Shown one piece after another: positions 1 to 9,655 of a DNA stretch of 32,000 nt (positions within the stretch are counted from its first letter, which is position 1; each line of letters opens with the position of its first letter). Origin of the DNA: Candidatus Saccharimonadota bacterium. Its GTDB lineage: Bacteria; Pseudomonadota; Gammaproteobacteria; Enterobacterales; Enterobacteriaceae. The notes under the pieces were generated by a model, which saw nothing but the letters and a program-made list of their open reading frames with translations, made no database searches and was not told the DNA's origin. The stretch spans positions 180,001 to 212,000 of the forward strand of contig NZ_CP135009.1 of NCBI RefSeq assembly GCF_039383305.1. The letters are read 5' to 3'. Both the position numbers and the translations under genes were made by a program.

Positions 1-101
1 ATCCATTATTTTCTACTTCTTGGAAATTATTTTTAACTAATACTTTAATGCGTAATTTATTTGAATTTTCTCGGTTAGGTTATTTAGAAATTCAATATTA
101 A
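1..101 (+). CDS. 3' end of a CDS that begins upstream of the window (possibly the DNA polymerase III alpha subunit C-terminus)
   Basis: Frame 3 is open from the window edge to TAA at 99-101 (...FSTSWKLFLTNTLMRNLFEFSRLGYLEIQY*). It shows a weak, length-matched resemblance to the E. coli DnaE C-terminus (...[31 protein letters not shown], recalled from memory). The fragment is too short for a firm call. Confidence 0.3.
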   Translation, partial: PLFSTSWKLFLTNTLMRNLFEFSRLGYLEIQY

Positions 102-128
102 TTAATATTTTTTAAAATATTTTTTTGT

Positions 129-1799
129 TTATATATTTAATGATTTTTGAGTTTTTTTAAAATTTTTTAAAATATTTTTAATTAATACTAATGTTTTAGT
201 ATTTTTTTTTCTAGAATAAAATTCTATTTGTTTATTTATAATAGTTTTTTTACTAATAATTAAAATGTTAGGAATACCTAATAATTCTAAATCTTTTAAA
301 ATAAATCCAATTCTTTCAGGGCGATTATCAAATAAAATTTCAATACCTTGTAAAGATAAATTTTTATATAATAAATTAGCAAGTTTTTTAATTTTAGGGT
401 TATTGCGCATATTAATTGGTGCAATAGCTACCTGGAAAGGAGAAATTTTTTCAGGCCAAATTATGCCTTTTTTATCATGATTTTGTTCTATAATTGCAGA
501 AATAATTCTATTTATTCCAATTCCATAGCACCCCATATGTAAAAAATCTTTTTTTTTTTTCGTAATAGAAAAATTTATAATTTTTGAGTATTTCGTACCT
601 AATTGAAAAATATGTCCAATTTCAATACTTTTTTGTATTTTTACATCTTTAATATTATAAGATATTTCATTTCTTTTATTAGTCTGATTTAATTTTAATA
701 TTTGATTATATTTTATTTGTGTATTCCAAAAAATATTTGTTTTTTTAATATTTGGTTTTTTTTTAAATAAAATAAAATATTTTAGTTTTTTAACTTTTAT
801 ATCTCCAATTAAAAATATTTTTAATTTTTTCGTATTTTTTAAAATGAAATTTATATTATATTTTTTTTTTTTTCTTTTAAATAAACAAATAGGTTTTTTT
901 AATTCTGAAATGTTTTTTAATTTTTCAAAATTTAAAGTATGTTTTTTTTTTAATAATATTATAGAATATAAAAAACAAGAATTTTCATGAGTTTTTAAAT
1001 ATAAAATTTGTATGGATTTATTAAAAATTTTTTTTTTAGATAATATATTAGCAGGAAAAGTTACATTTTGAATTTCTGAAATGTTTTTAAAAATTTTAGC
1101 GTATTGTGATTTTTCTGGATATACTATAGTATCTTCTCCAGTTTTAGAAAAGGCATGAAATTCATGTGATACAAATCCTCCCATAATTTTAGATGTTGTA
1201 GGTACTATTTTAAATTTTAATTTAAATTCTTTAAAAATTTCGATATATATTTTTAATAATTTTTGATATGTTTTTTCCAAAGATTTTAAAGTATTATGAA
1301 AAGAATATGCATCTTTCATTAAAAATTCTATTGTTCGAATAATTCCAAAACGCGGCCTTATTTCATCTCGAAATTTTTTTTGGATTTGATAAACAATTAA
1401 GGGTAATTGTTTAAAAGAATGAATTTCATTTTTTAAGATTTTAGTAACTATTTCTTCATGTGTAGGACTAAGAATAAATTTTTTTCCTCTTCGATTAGAA
1501 AATTTTAATAATTCTTTACCATATAATTTAGTACGTCCACTTGCATCCCATAATTTTTGAGGATTTAAAACCGGTAAACATATTTCTAACGCATTAATTT
1601 TATTCATTTTTTTTGTAATAATATTAATGATATTTTGTATTACACGTTGCCCTGTGGGAAGCCAAGCATAAATTCCTGAAGATAATTTTCTAATCATTCC
1701 TGATCTTAACATTAGTTGATGACTAATAGTATCAGTATGTTTTGTGTAATTATGTAACGTAGAAAGTAAATATTTTTTTGTTTTCATTTTTTTTCTCAA
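129..1799 (-). CDS. proS: Prolyl-tRNA synthetase (class II, bacterial type with an insertion domain)
   Basis: 556-aa ORF. The N-terminus YLLSTL...ISHQLMLRSGMIRKLSSGIYAWLPTG is conserved. So are PTHEEIVT, FRDEIRPRFGIIRTIEFLMKDAYSF, IEIGHIFQLGTKYS and MGCYGIGINRIISAIIEQNHD, all collinear with E. coli ProRS. Confidence 0.95.
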   Translation of the reverse strand: MRKKMKTKKYLLSTLHNYTKHTDTISHQLMLRSGMIRKLSSGIYAWLPTGQRVIQNIINIITKKMNKINALEICLPVLNPQKLWDASGRTKLYGKELLKFSNRRGKKFILSPTHEEIVTKILKNEIHSFKQLPLIVYQIQKKFRDEIRPRFGIIRTIEFLMKDAYSFHNTLKSLEKTYQKLLKIYIEIFKEFKLKFKIVPTTSKIMGGFVSHEFHAFSKTGEDTIVYPEKSQYAKIFKNISEIQNVTFPANILSKKKIFNKSIQILYLKTHENSCFLYSIILLKKKHTLNFEKLKNISELKKPICLFKRKKKKYNINFILKNTKKLKIFLIGDIKVKKLKYFILFKKKPNIKKTNIFWNTQIKYNQILKLNQTNKRNEISYNIKDVKIQKSIEIGHIFQLGTKYSKIINFSITKKKKDFLHMGCYGIGINRIISAIIEQNHDKKGIIWPEKISPFQVAIAPINMRNNPKIKKLANLLYKNLSLQGIEILFDNRPERIGFILKDLELLGIPNILIISKKTIINKQIEFYSRKKNTKTLVLIKNILKNFKKTQKSLNI

Positions 1800-1918
1800 T
1801 ATTTTTATATTATAAAAATTTTGTATTTTTTTTTAAAAAAAAAATTTTAAAAAAAGAAATATTTTATATAATATATTATATATTATTTTCAATTTTATTT
1901 AATTATTAGAGAAATTAT

Positions 1919-3034
1919 ATGAATACTGAAAATACAGAAGAAAAAACTGAAAGTCCTACACCACATAAAATTAAAAAAGCAGAAAAATTTGGTAATACAC
2001 AAAATTCCTATGAAATAAATTTTTTTTTAATTTTATTTAGTAATATAATATTTTTGTGGTTTTGGAAATTTAATTTTTATAATTTTGTAATATGTTTTTT
2101 ACGATTTTGTTTTTCTTTTCAAATTCTTCATTTATATAATAAAAGTTTTTATTTAATTTTTTATATGTATTGTAAAAAAATTATATTTTTTTTTTTATTT
2201 TTTTATATTAATATTTTTTTAATTTGTTTAATGGTTCCTTGGATAATTTATAAAAAAAAAAAATTATTTTTTCCTATTTTTTTTCAAACGAATTTTTTAA
2301 ATAATTGTTTTAATATACAAAAAATATTTTCTTTAAACACTTTTGTTGTTTCTTTAAAATATTTTTTACAAATTTTTTTTATTATAATTTTTTCTTTTAA
2401 TAATTTTATTAAATATTATCCTAATATATATATATGGTTTTCTTATTCTTTTAAAAAAAATGTTTCTTTGGGAAGTAATTTTATTTTTTTTTGCAGTATA
2501 ATAAATATTTTTATTTATTGTTTTTTTGTGATTATTGATTTCTTTTGGAAAAAATTTGAATATGTAAAATCTTTAAATATGACAAAAAAAGAAATTAAAG
2601 ATGAATTTAAAGAGTTAGAAAGTAATCAATTAATGAAATCTTATATTCGTCGTACTTCATTATCTAATTCGAAAAATTTTTTATTAAATGAATTTATAAA
2701 ATCTGACATATTAATTTGTGAATCTTTAAATTATGCTATTTCTTTTCAATATAACATAAATACTATGCAAGCACCTCGGGTTATTAGTAAAGGAAAAGGT
2801 TATTCTATTCTTCATATGAAAAAATATGCAAAATTATATAAAATTCCTATTTTAGAATCAAATATGTCTTTAAAATCTTTATATGATAGTACTTCTATAG
2901 GATATAATATTCCTGTCACTTTTTTTAAAATTATAGCAGAAATTTTTGCTTGGATTTTACAATTTAAAAAATGGAAAAAAAAAGGAGGAAAGTTTCCTGA
3001 ATTACCAAAAAATTTTATTTTGTTAAAAGAATAA
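1919..3034 (+). CDS. flhB: Flagellar/type III export apparatus protein FlhB (divergent, NPTH motif lost)
   Basis: 371-aa ORF. N-terminus EEKTESPTPHKIKKAEKFG matches DKTEAPTPHRLEKAREEG. The C-terminal domain ...YAISFQYNINTMQAPRVISKGKGYSIL...IPILESNMSLKSLY...IAEIFAWILQFKKWKKKGG is collinear with E. coli FlhB. It lies directly upstream of flhA. Confidence 0.9.
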   Translation: MNTENTEEKTESPTPHKIKKAEKFGNTQNSYEINFFLILFSNIIFLWFWKFNFYNFVICFLRFCFSFQILHLYNKSFYLIFYMYCKKIIFFFLFFYINIFLICLMVPWIIYKKKKLFFPIFFQTNFLNNCFNIQKIFSLNTFVVSLKYFLQIFFIIIFSFNNFIKYYPNIYIWFSYSFKKNVSLGSNFIFFCSIINIFIYCFFVIIDFFWKKFEYVKSLNMTKKEIKDEFKELESNQLMKSYIRRTSLSNSKNFLLNEFIKSDILICESLNYAISFQYNINTMQAPRVISKGKGYSILHMKKYAKLYKIPILESNMSLKSLYDSTSIGYNIPVTFFKIIAEIFAWILQFKKWKKKGGKFPELPKNFILLKE

Positions 3035-3057
3035 AAAATTCCTGGAGAATAAAAATT

Positions 3058-5142
3058 ATGAAATTTTTAAATTTTTTTTTATTTTTTTTAAAAGAAAAAA
3101 AAAAAAATTTTTTAAAATCTTTATTAGTACCTGTTTTAATTTTAATTTTATTACTAATGTTAATTGTTCCTTTACCTTCGTTTTTATTAGATATTTTTTT
3201 CACTTTTAATATTACTTTAGCTATTATGATATTAAGTTCTACTATGTTTATACGAAGTACGTTAGAATTTTCTACATTTCCCATAATTTTATTATTTTCT
3301 ACATTGTTACGTTTAGCTTTAAATATTTCTTCAACACGTATTATTTTATTAAAAGGTCATTTAGGTTTTTTTTCTGCTGGTCATGTAATCGAAGCTTTTG
3401 GAAATTTTATAGTAGGTGGTAATTTTATCATAGGAATTGTTGTTTTTATTATTTTAGTTGTAATAAATTTTATTGTTATTACTAAAGGAGCCAGTCGAAT
3501 TGCTGAAGTAGGTGCGCGTTTTACTTTAGATGCTATGCCTGGGAAACAAATGGCCATTGATTCTGATTTAAATTCTGGATTGATTAAAGAAGTAGAAGCT
3601 AAAAAAAGAAGATTGAAAATTGAAAAAGAATCTGATTTTTATGGATCTATGGATGGAGCTAGTAAATTTGTTCGTGGAGATGCTATTGCTGGAATATTTA
3701 TTATGATTGTTAATCTTTTGGGGGGATTATTTGTAGGTATTTGGCAGCATAAAATGATGTTTTCAGAAGCAGCAAGACGTTATTGTTTATTAACTATCGG
3801 AGATGGATTAGTAGCTCAAATACCAGCGTTAATTATTTCTACAGCATCAGCTATTATTGTAACGCGCGTTAGTACTGAAGATACTTATGTAGGGGAGCAA
3901 ATTATAGATCAAATTTTTCATAGTCCTCAAATAATATTCTTTAGTGGTTTAATATTAGGTGTATTAGGATTAATACCTGGAATGCCTAATTTTATTTTTT
4001 TAATTTTTACTATTGGATTATTCTTTTTGTCTTTTTTTTTTTATAGAAAAAATTTTATATTAAAAAATTTTCAAAAAAAAAAAAAAAATATTATACAAAA
4101 AAATAAAAAAACTTTAGTTACTTGGAAAGATGTCCATTTTGAAGAATCAATTGTTATAGAATTAAGTTATAATTTAAATTCTTTAATACAAGTTTTAGGG
4201 ATTGATAATTTGTTAGAAAATTTAACTAAGTTAAGAAAAAATTTTGCGCAAGAAATAGGATTTTTACCACCATTTTTTTATGTTTTTATTAATCATGATT
4301 TACCTTTAAATTTTTATAGAATTTTAATAAAAGGAGTTGAAATAGCTTCTGGAAATATTTTTTTAGATAAGTTATTGGCAATTAATACAGGAAAAGCTCA
4401 GGGTTCTTTAATAGGAAAAAAAGTTTTTGATCCTGTTTTTAATTTTCCTGCATTTTGGATTGCTCAAAAATTTAAAGAAGAAGCTATTTTAAAGAATTTT
4501 ATGATAGTAAAAAATTCTATGATAATTATTACTCATTTAAATCATATTATAAAAAATTTTTTTCATGAAATTTTAGGATTTCAAGAAACTCAAGAATTAT
4601 TAGATTATGTATCTAATATGACTCCTAAATTAGTATTATCGTTAGTTCCAGAATTCTTGTCTACATTAGATATTCAAAAGATTTTAAAAAATTTATTAAA
4701 AGAAAAAATTTCTATTAAAGATATTAAAACTATTTTAGAAACTTTATTAGAATACGCGCCGTCTTTAAAAAAAGATTTAGACATGTTAACTAGTATGGTT
4801 CGCATTGCTTTAAGAAAATCAATTACTCAAAAATATTTTTCACAATTTGGAGATATTAAAGTTTTAGGATTACATTTTAAATTAGAAAAATTATTATTAG
4901 AAAACATTGAAAAAAATAATTATATTATTGAACCTAATTTAGCTAATAATTTAATTAAAAATACTAAAATAGCTATTAAAAAACAAAAAAAAAATAATGA
5001 TCCAATAGTATTGATTGTAAATCATTCATTACGTCTTTTTATTTCTAGAATTTTTTTAAAAAGTATTCCAGAAATAGTTGTTTTATCATATTTTGAAATT
5101 TCAGAAGAACGAAATATTATTATTACATATGTAATTAGTTAA
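3058..5142 (+). CDS. flhA: Flagellar/type III export apparatus protein FlhA
   Basis: 694-aa ORF with strong collinear identity to E. coli FlhA, including the FHIPEP region ITKGASRIAEVGARFTLDAMPGKQMAIDSDLNSGLI. Also conserved are FYGSMDGASKFVRGDAIAG, LLTIGDGLVAQIPALIISTA and KNFAQEIGFLPP. A GGAGA Shine-Dalgarno sits 9 nt upstream of the ATG. Confidence 0.96.
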   Translation: MKFLNFFLFFLKEKKKNFLKSLLVPVLILILLLMLIVPLPSFLLDIFFTFNITLAIMILSSTMFIRSTLEFSTFPIILLFSTLLRLALNISSTRIILLKGHLGFFSAGHVIEAFGNFIVGGNFIIGIVVFIILVVINFIVITKGASRIAEVGARFTLDAMPGKQMAIDSDLNSGLIKEVEAKKRRLKIEKESDFYGSMDGASKFVRGDAIAGIFIMIVNLLGGLFVGIWQHKMMFSEAARRYCLLTIGDGLVAQIPALIISTASAIIVTRVSTEDTYVGEQIIDQIFHSPQIIFFSGLILGVLGLIPGMPNFIFLIFTIGLFFLSFFFYRKNFILKNFQKKKKNIIQKNKKTLVTWKDVHFEESIVIELSYNLNSLIQVLGIDNLLENLTKLRKNFAQEIGFLPPFFYVFINHDLPLNFYRILIKGVEIASGNIFLDKLLAINTGKAQGSLIGKKVFDPVFNFPAFWIAQKFKEEAILKNFMIVKNSMIIITHLNHIIKNFFHEILGFQETQELLDYVSNMTPKLVLSLVPEFLSTLDIQKILKNLLKEKISIKDIKTILETLLEYAPSLKKDLDMLTSMVRIALRKSITQKYFSQFGDIKVLGLHFKLEKLLLENIEKNNYIIEPNLANNLIKNTKIAIKKQKKNNDPIVLIVNHSLRLFISRIFLKSIPEIVVLSYFEISEERNIIITYVIS
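4073..4088 (+). repeat. A16 homopolymer, in frame inside flhA (encodes QKKKKN)
   Basis: Counted directly: an uninterrupted A run at 4073-4088 in the flhA linker region. Confidence 0.9.
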
Positions 5143-5186
5143 TTTTTTAAATGATAATTTTTAAAACAAAATAAAAAAAATTTATA

Positions 5187-6902
5187 TTACATTTCATTTA
5201 CTATAGAAATTCCTAATAGTTGAAGTCCTTTTTTTAATATTTTTGCTGTTAAAAAAATAATTTTAATGCGACTCATTTTAATTTTTTTTATTTTTTCAGA
5301 AATAATAGGGCATTTTTCATAAAAACAAGAAAAATTTTCGGATAATGTAAATAAATATTTACATAATAAATGAGGAGTTCCTAATTTTTCTATTTGTAAA
5401 AGAATATCATTAAATTTTAATATTTGTAAAATTATTTTTTTTTCATAAATATTGTTTATAATAATAAGATTTTTTTTTTTAAATTTTAAATTTTTAATTT
5501 TTTTAAAAATAGATTGAATTCTAGTATATGCATATTGAATATATAATGATGTATTTCCTTTTAAAGTTAATATTTTGTTCCAATTAAAAATGTAATTTTT
5601 TTTTCTATTTTTAGATATTTCAAAATATTTAAGAGCTCCAATTCCAATTTTTTTAGATATTTTTCTTATTTTTTTTTGGGTCCAATTTTTATTTTTTTCT
5701 TGGAGAATTTTTTGAGTTCTTATAATAGATTCTTGAATTAATTTATATAATGTAATTGTTTTTCCTTCTCTAGTTTTAAAAGGAGTTTTATTTTTTGATA
5801 ATATCATACCAAATTTATGATGTTCTAAACATAAGTTTGGTGAAATATATTTAGCTTTTTTAGCAATATTCCAGATATTTTTTAAATGTTGAGTTTGTCG
5901 TATATCTGTATAATAAATAATTTTATCTATTTTTAAAATTTGACTACGATATTTTAAACATGCTAAATCAGTTGTAGCATATAAATAAGCGCCATTTTTT
6001 TTTTGTAAAATTACCCCCATTTTTTTTCCTATACGGTTTTTAGAGGATTTTAAAATAGAAATTATTGTTCCATTTTTTTTAATTGTGATTTTTTTTTTTT
6101 TTAAATCTTTTAACATATGAGGAATCATATGATAATAAAAACTTTCTCCAAAAATGTGTTTTTTTTTTAATTTTATTTTTAAAATTTTATATATTTTTTG
6201 ATTTTGTATAATAGTTTTCTTACGTAATTTTTTCCAAATTTTAAGGTATTTAGGATGCTTATTTTGTAATTTGATAACGCATTCTATAGTTTTTTTAGAA
6301 AAATTTTTATTAGATAAAAATTTTTTTTGAGATTCTTTATAAATTTTTTTAAGATTATCAAATTTTGTAATAGAATTTTCCATAATATAGGTAATAATCA
6401 TTCCTATTTGAGTTCCACTATCTCCAATATGATTCATTTTTATAATGTGATGTCCTAAAAATTTTAATATTCTTGAAGTAACATCTCCTAATACAGTAGA
6501 ACGTAAATGTCCTACATGCATTTCTTTAGCTATATTAGGAGAAGAAAAATCTATAATAATTTTTTTTTTAGTAATTTTAGGAATTTTAAATGTGCATATA
6601 TGAAAAATTTTATTAATTTTTAAACAAATCCATTCATTTTTTAAAGTAATATTTATAAAACCTGGTTTTGTAATTGTTAAATTTTGATAAAAAGAAGTTT
6701 GTAACATTTTTTTAATAATTTTTTTTGCTAGTTTTAAAACATTTTTTTTTAAAATTTTAGCGAGTGATATAATTCCATTAATCTGATAATCAAAATTTTT
6801 ATTTTGAGAGTTTTTTTGAATATTAGGGTTAAAATTAGATTTTGCACCTAACTGAATACATATTTCGTATACATTTTTTTCTAATTGAGATAATATTGTC
6901 AT
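5187..6902 (-). CDS. argS: Arginyl-tRNA synthetase
   Basis: 571-aa ORF. The class I HIGH region SSPNIAKEMHVGHLRSTVLGD is present, with GPGFINI-like KPGFINITL. It is collinear with E. coli ArgRS (577 aa). Confidence 0.95.
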   Translation of the reverse strand: MTILSQLEKNVYEICIQLGAKSNFNPNIQKNSQNKNFDYQINGIISLAKILKKNVLKLAKKIIKKMLQTSFYQNLTITKPGFINITLKNEWICLKINKIFHICTFKIPKITKKKIIIDFSSPNIAKEMHVGHLRSTVLGDVTSRILKFLGHHIIKMNHIGDSGTQIGMIITYIMENSITKFDNLKKIYKESQKKFLSNKNFSKKTIECVIKLQNKHPKYLKIWKKLRKKTIIQNQKIYKILKIKLKKKHIFGESFYYHMIPHMLKDLKKKKITIKKNGTIISILKSSKNRIGKKMGVILQKKNGAYLYATTDLACLKYRSQILKIDKIIYYTDIRQTQHLKNIWNIAKKAKYISPNLCLEHHKFGMILSKNKTPFKTREGKTITLYKLIQESIIRTQKILQEKNKNWTQKKIRKISKKIGIGALKYFEISKNRKKNYIFNWNKILTLKGNTSLYIQYAYTRIQSIFKKIKNLKFKKKNLIIINNIYEKKIILQILKFNDILLQIEKLGTPHLLCKYLFTLSENFSCFYEKCPIISEKIKKIKMSRIKIIFLTAKILKKGLQLLGISIVNEM

Positions 6903-7174
6903 CTGTTTCTCTTTTTTATTTAATTTTAAAAAATAAAAATATAAAATTTTTTTTATAAAATGTTAAAAAATTTTTTCAAAAAAAAATATTATAAATCTTT
7001 TAGAATATATATTAAAGAAAATTTATCTTAAGATATAAAAAATTTAAATATTTTATAGGTCCTTTATTATTTTTTAAAAAAATTATTTTTACTAGATTAA
7101 TTTTTAAAATATTTTTAAATTTTTAAAGATAATTGTATAATTTGTATATAGAATATTTTTTTAAAAAAAATATA

Positions 7175-7202
7175 TTGACATTTATTAAAAAAGATATATT
7201 AT
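7175..7202 (+). promoter_or_regulatory. Candidate sigma70 promoter for the rrs-tRNA unit
   Basis: A perfect -35 TTGACA (7175-7180) is followed by a 16-nt spacer and TATTAT (7197-7202). It is preceded by a T7A8 tract (7156-7170) in the UP-element position. It sits ~140 nt upstream of the 16S 5' end and upstream of a boxA-like element. -10-like hexamers are common in this composition, but TTGACA is not. Confidence 0.5.
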
Positions 7203-7219
7203 AGATTTTGTAAACAAAA

Positions 7220-7232
7220 TGTTCTTTAAAAA
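7220..7232 (+). promoter_or_regulatory. boxA-like rRNA antitermination element in the rrs leader
   Basis: TGTTCTTTAAAAA versus E. coli rrn boxA TGCTCTTTAACAA (11/13 identical). It is positioned ~10-20 nt downstream of the predicted transcription start. Confidence 0.5.
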
Positions 7233-7339
7233 ATAATCGAAAAATTTATGTGGACATAAAAATTATTAAATGTTCAAAATAGAATTAAAAGAATATTAAT
7301 TATTAATTAAAAATTAATGTTTTTAAAGTTAGTGTTATT

Positions 7340-8893
<1,554 letters not shown>

Positions 8894-8951
8894 AAAATTA
8901 AAACATTTAATTTTTTATTATATGTTCACATAATTTTTTGATTATTTATAA

Positions 8952-9025
8952 AGGCTTGTAGCTCAGCTGGTTAGAGCACACCCCTGATAAGGGTGAGGTC
9001 GGTGGTTCAAGTCCACTCAGGCCTA
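8952..9025 (+). tRNA. tRNA-Ile (anticodon GAT)
   Basis: AGGCTTGTAGCTCAGCTGGTTAGAGCACACCCCTGATAAGGGTGAGGTCGGTGGTTCAAGTCCACTCAGGCCTA is nearly identical to E. coli tRNA-Ile1. The discriminator A at 9025 is followed by CTA, so no CCA is encoded. Confidence 0.95.
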
Positions 9026-9042
9026 CTAATTTTTTCATTTTA

Positions 9043-9115
9043 GGGGCTATAGCTCAGCTGGGAGAGCGCCTGCCTTGCACGCAGGAGGTCAGCGGTTCAA
9101 TCCCGCTTAGCTCCA
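9043..9115 (+). tRNA. tRNA-Ala (anticodon TGC)
   Basis: GGGGCTATAGCTCAGCTGGGAGAGCGCCTGCCTTGCACGCAGGAGGTCAGCGGTTCAATCCCGCTTAGCTCCA is nearly identical to E. coli tRNA-Ala(UGC) and keeps the G3:U70 identity pair. It is followed by AAT, so no CCA is encoded. Confidence 0.95.
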
Positions 9116-9130
9116 AATATATGTTATATT

Positions 9131-9610
9131 TTATATTTTAATTTTTAAATTTTTTTGATATTGATAATCAAAACATTTTGGTTTTTTTAATATTTTTTTT
9201 GAAATTTTATCGCATAAATTTTGCATTGTGTTTTCTATATGTCCTTTAGTCCATATCCATTTAATTTCATGAGAATATAAAGAATTTTTTAATCTAATCC
9301 ACAAATCTTTATTTTTTATATTTTTTTTATTTTTTTTTTTCCAATTATTTTTTTTCCATTTTTTATACCATATTAAAATTCCTTTTTTTAAATATTGACT
9401 ATCTGTAATAATAGTGACTTTACAAGATATTTTTAATGCTTCAAATCCATAAATTGCTGCCATTAATTCCATTCGATTATTAGTTGTTAAATAAAAACTT
9501 TTATAAATTTTTTTATAATATTTTAAATATTTAATAATTACACAAAATCCTCCAGGACCTGGATTTTTAGAGCAAGCACCATCTGTAAACATTAGGATTT
9601 TTTTTTTCAT
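9131..9610 (-). CDS. rnhA: Ribonuclease HI
   Basis: 159-aa ORF with FTDGACSKNPGPGGF, TTNNRMELMAAI, ITDSQYL and W.W.KGH...N..D, the pattern of E. coli RNase HI. It is divergent from dnaQ, as in E. coli. Confidence 0.92.
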   Translation of the reverse strand: MKKKILMFTDGACSKNPGPGGFCVIIKYLKYYKKIYKSFYLTTNNRMELMAAIYGFEALKISCKVTIITDSQYLKKGILIWYKKWKKNNWKKKNKKNIKNKDLWIRLKNSLYSHEIKWIWTKGHIENTMQNLCDKISKKILKKPKCFDYQYQKNLKIKI

Positions 9611-9655
9611 AATTTTAAATTACTCCTGTATAAAAAAATTAATATAGGTGATAAT

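Noticed and set aside
104-121. Perfect AT palindrome AATATTTT-TT-AAAATATT between the upstream CDS and proS, as a possible bidirectional terminator
   Set aside because: It is an all-A:U 8-bp stem with a 2-nt loop. That is thermodynamically negligible and expected by chance in this composition.
265-480. 71-aa ORF on the + strand inside proS
   Set aside because: It is antisense to a well-supported proS coding region. It has no homology signal or start context and is a typical shadow ORF.
3015-3284. 89-aa ORF on the - strand overlapping the flhB end and flhA start
   Set aside because: It is antisense to the conserved flhA N-terminus and gives a low-complexity Lys/Asn/Ile product, so it is a shadow ORF.
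6903-7155. Possible pseudogene remnant or small gene in the long argS-rrs spacer
   Set aside because: All frames are closed by frequent stops, and the composition is essentially pure A/T with no residual coding signal that I can recognise. It is best explained as the promoter/leader region plus eroded DNA.
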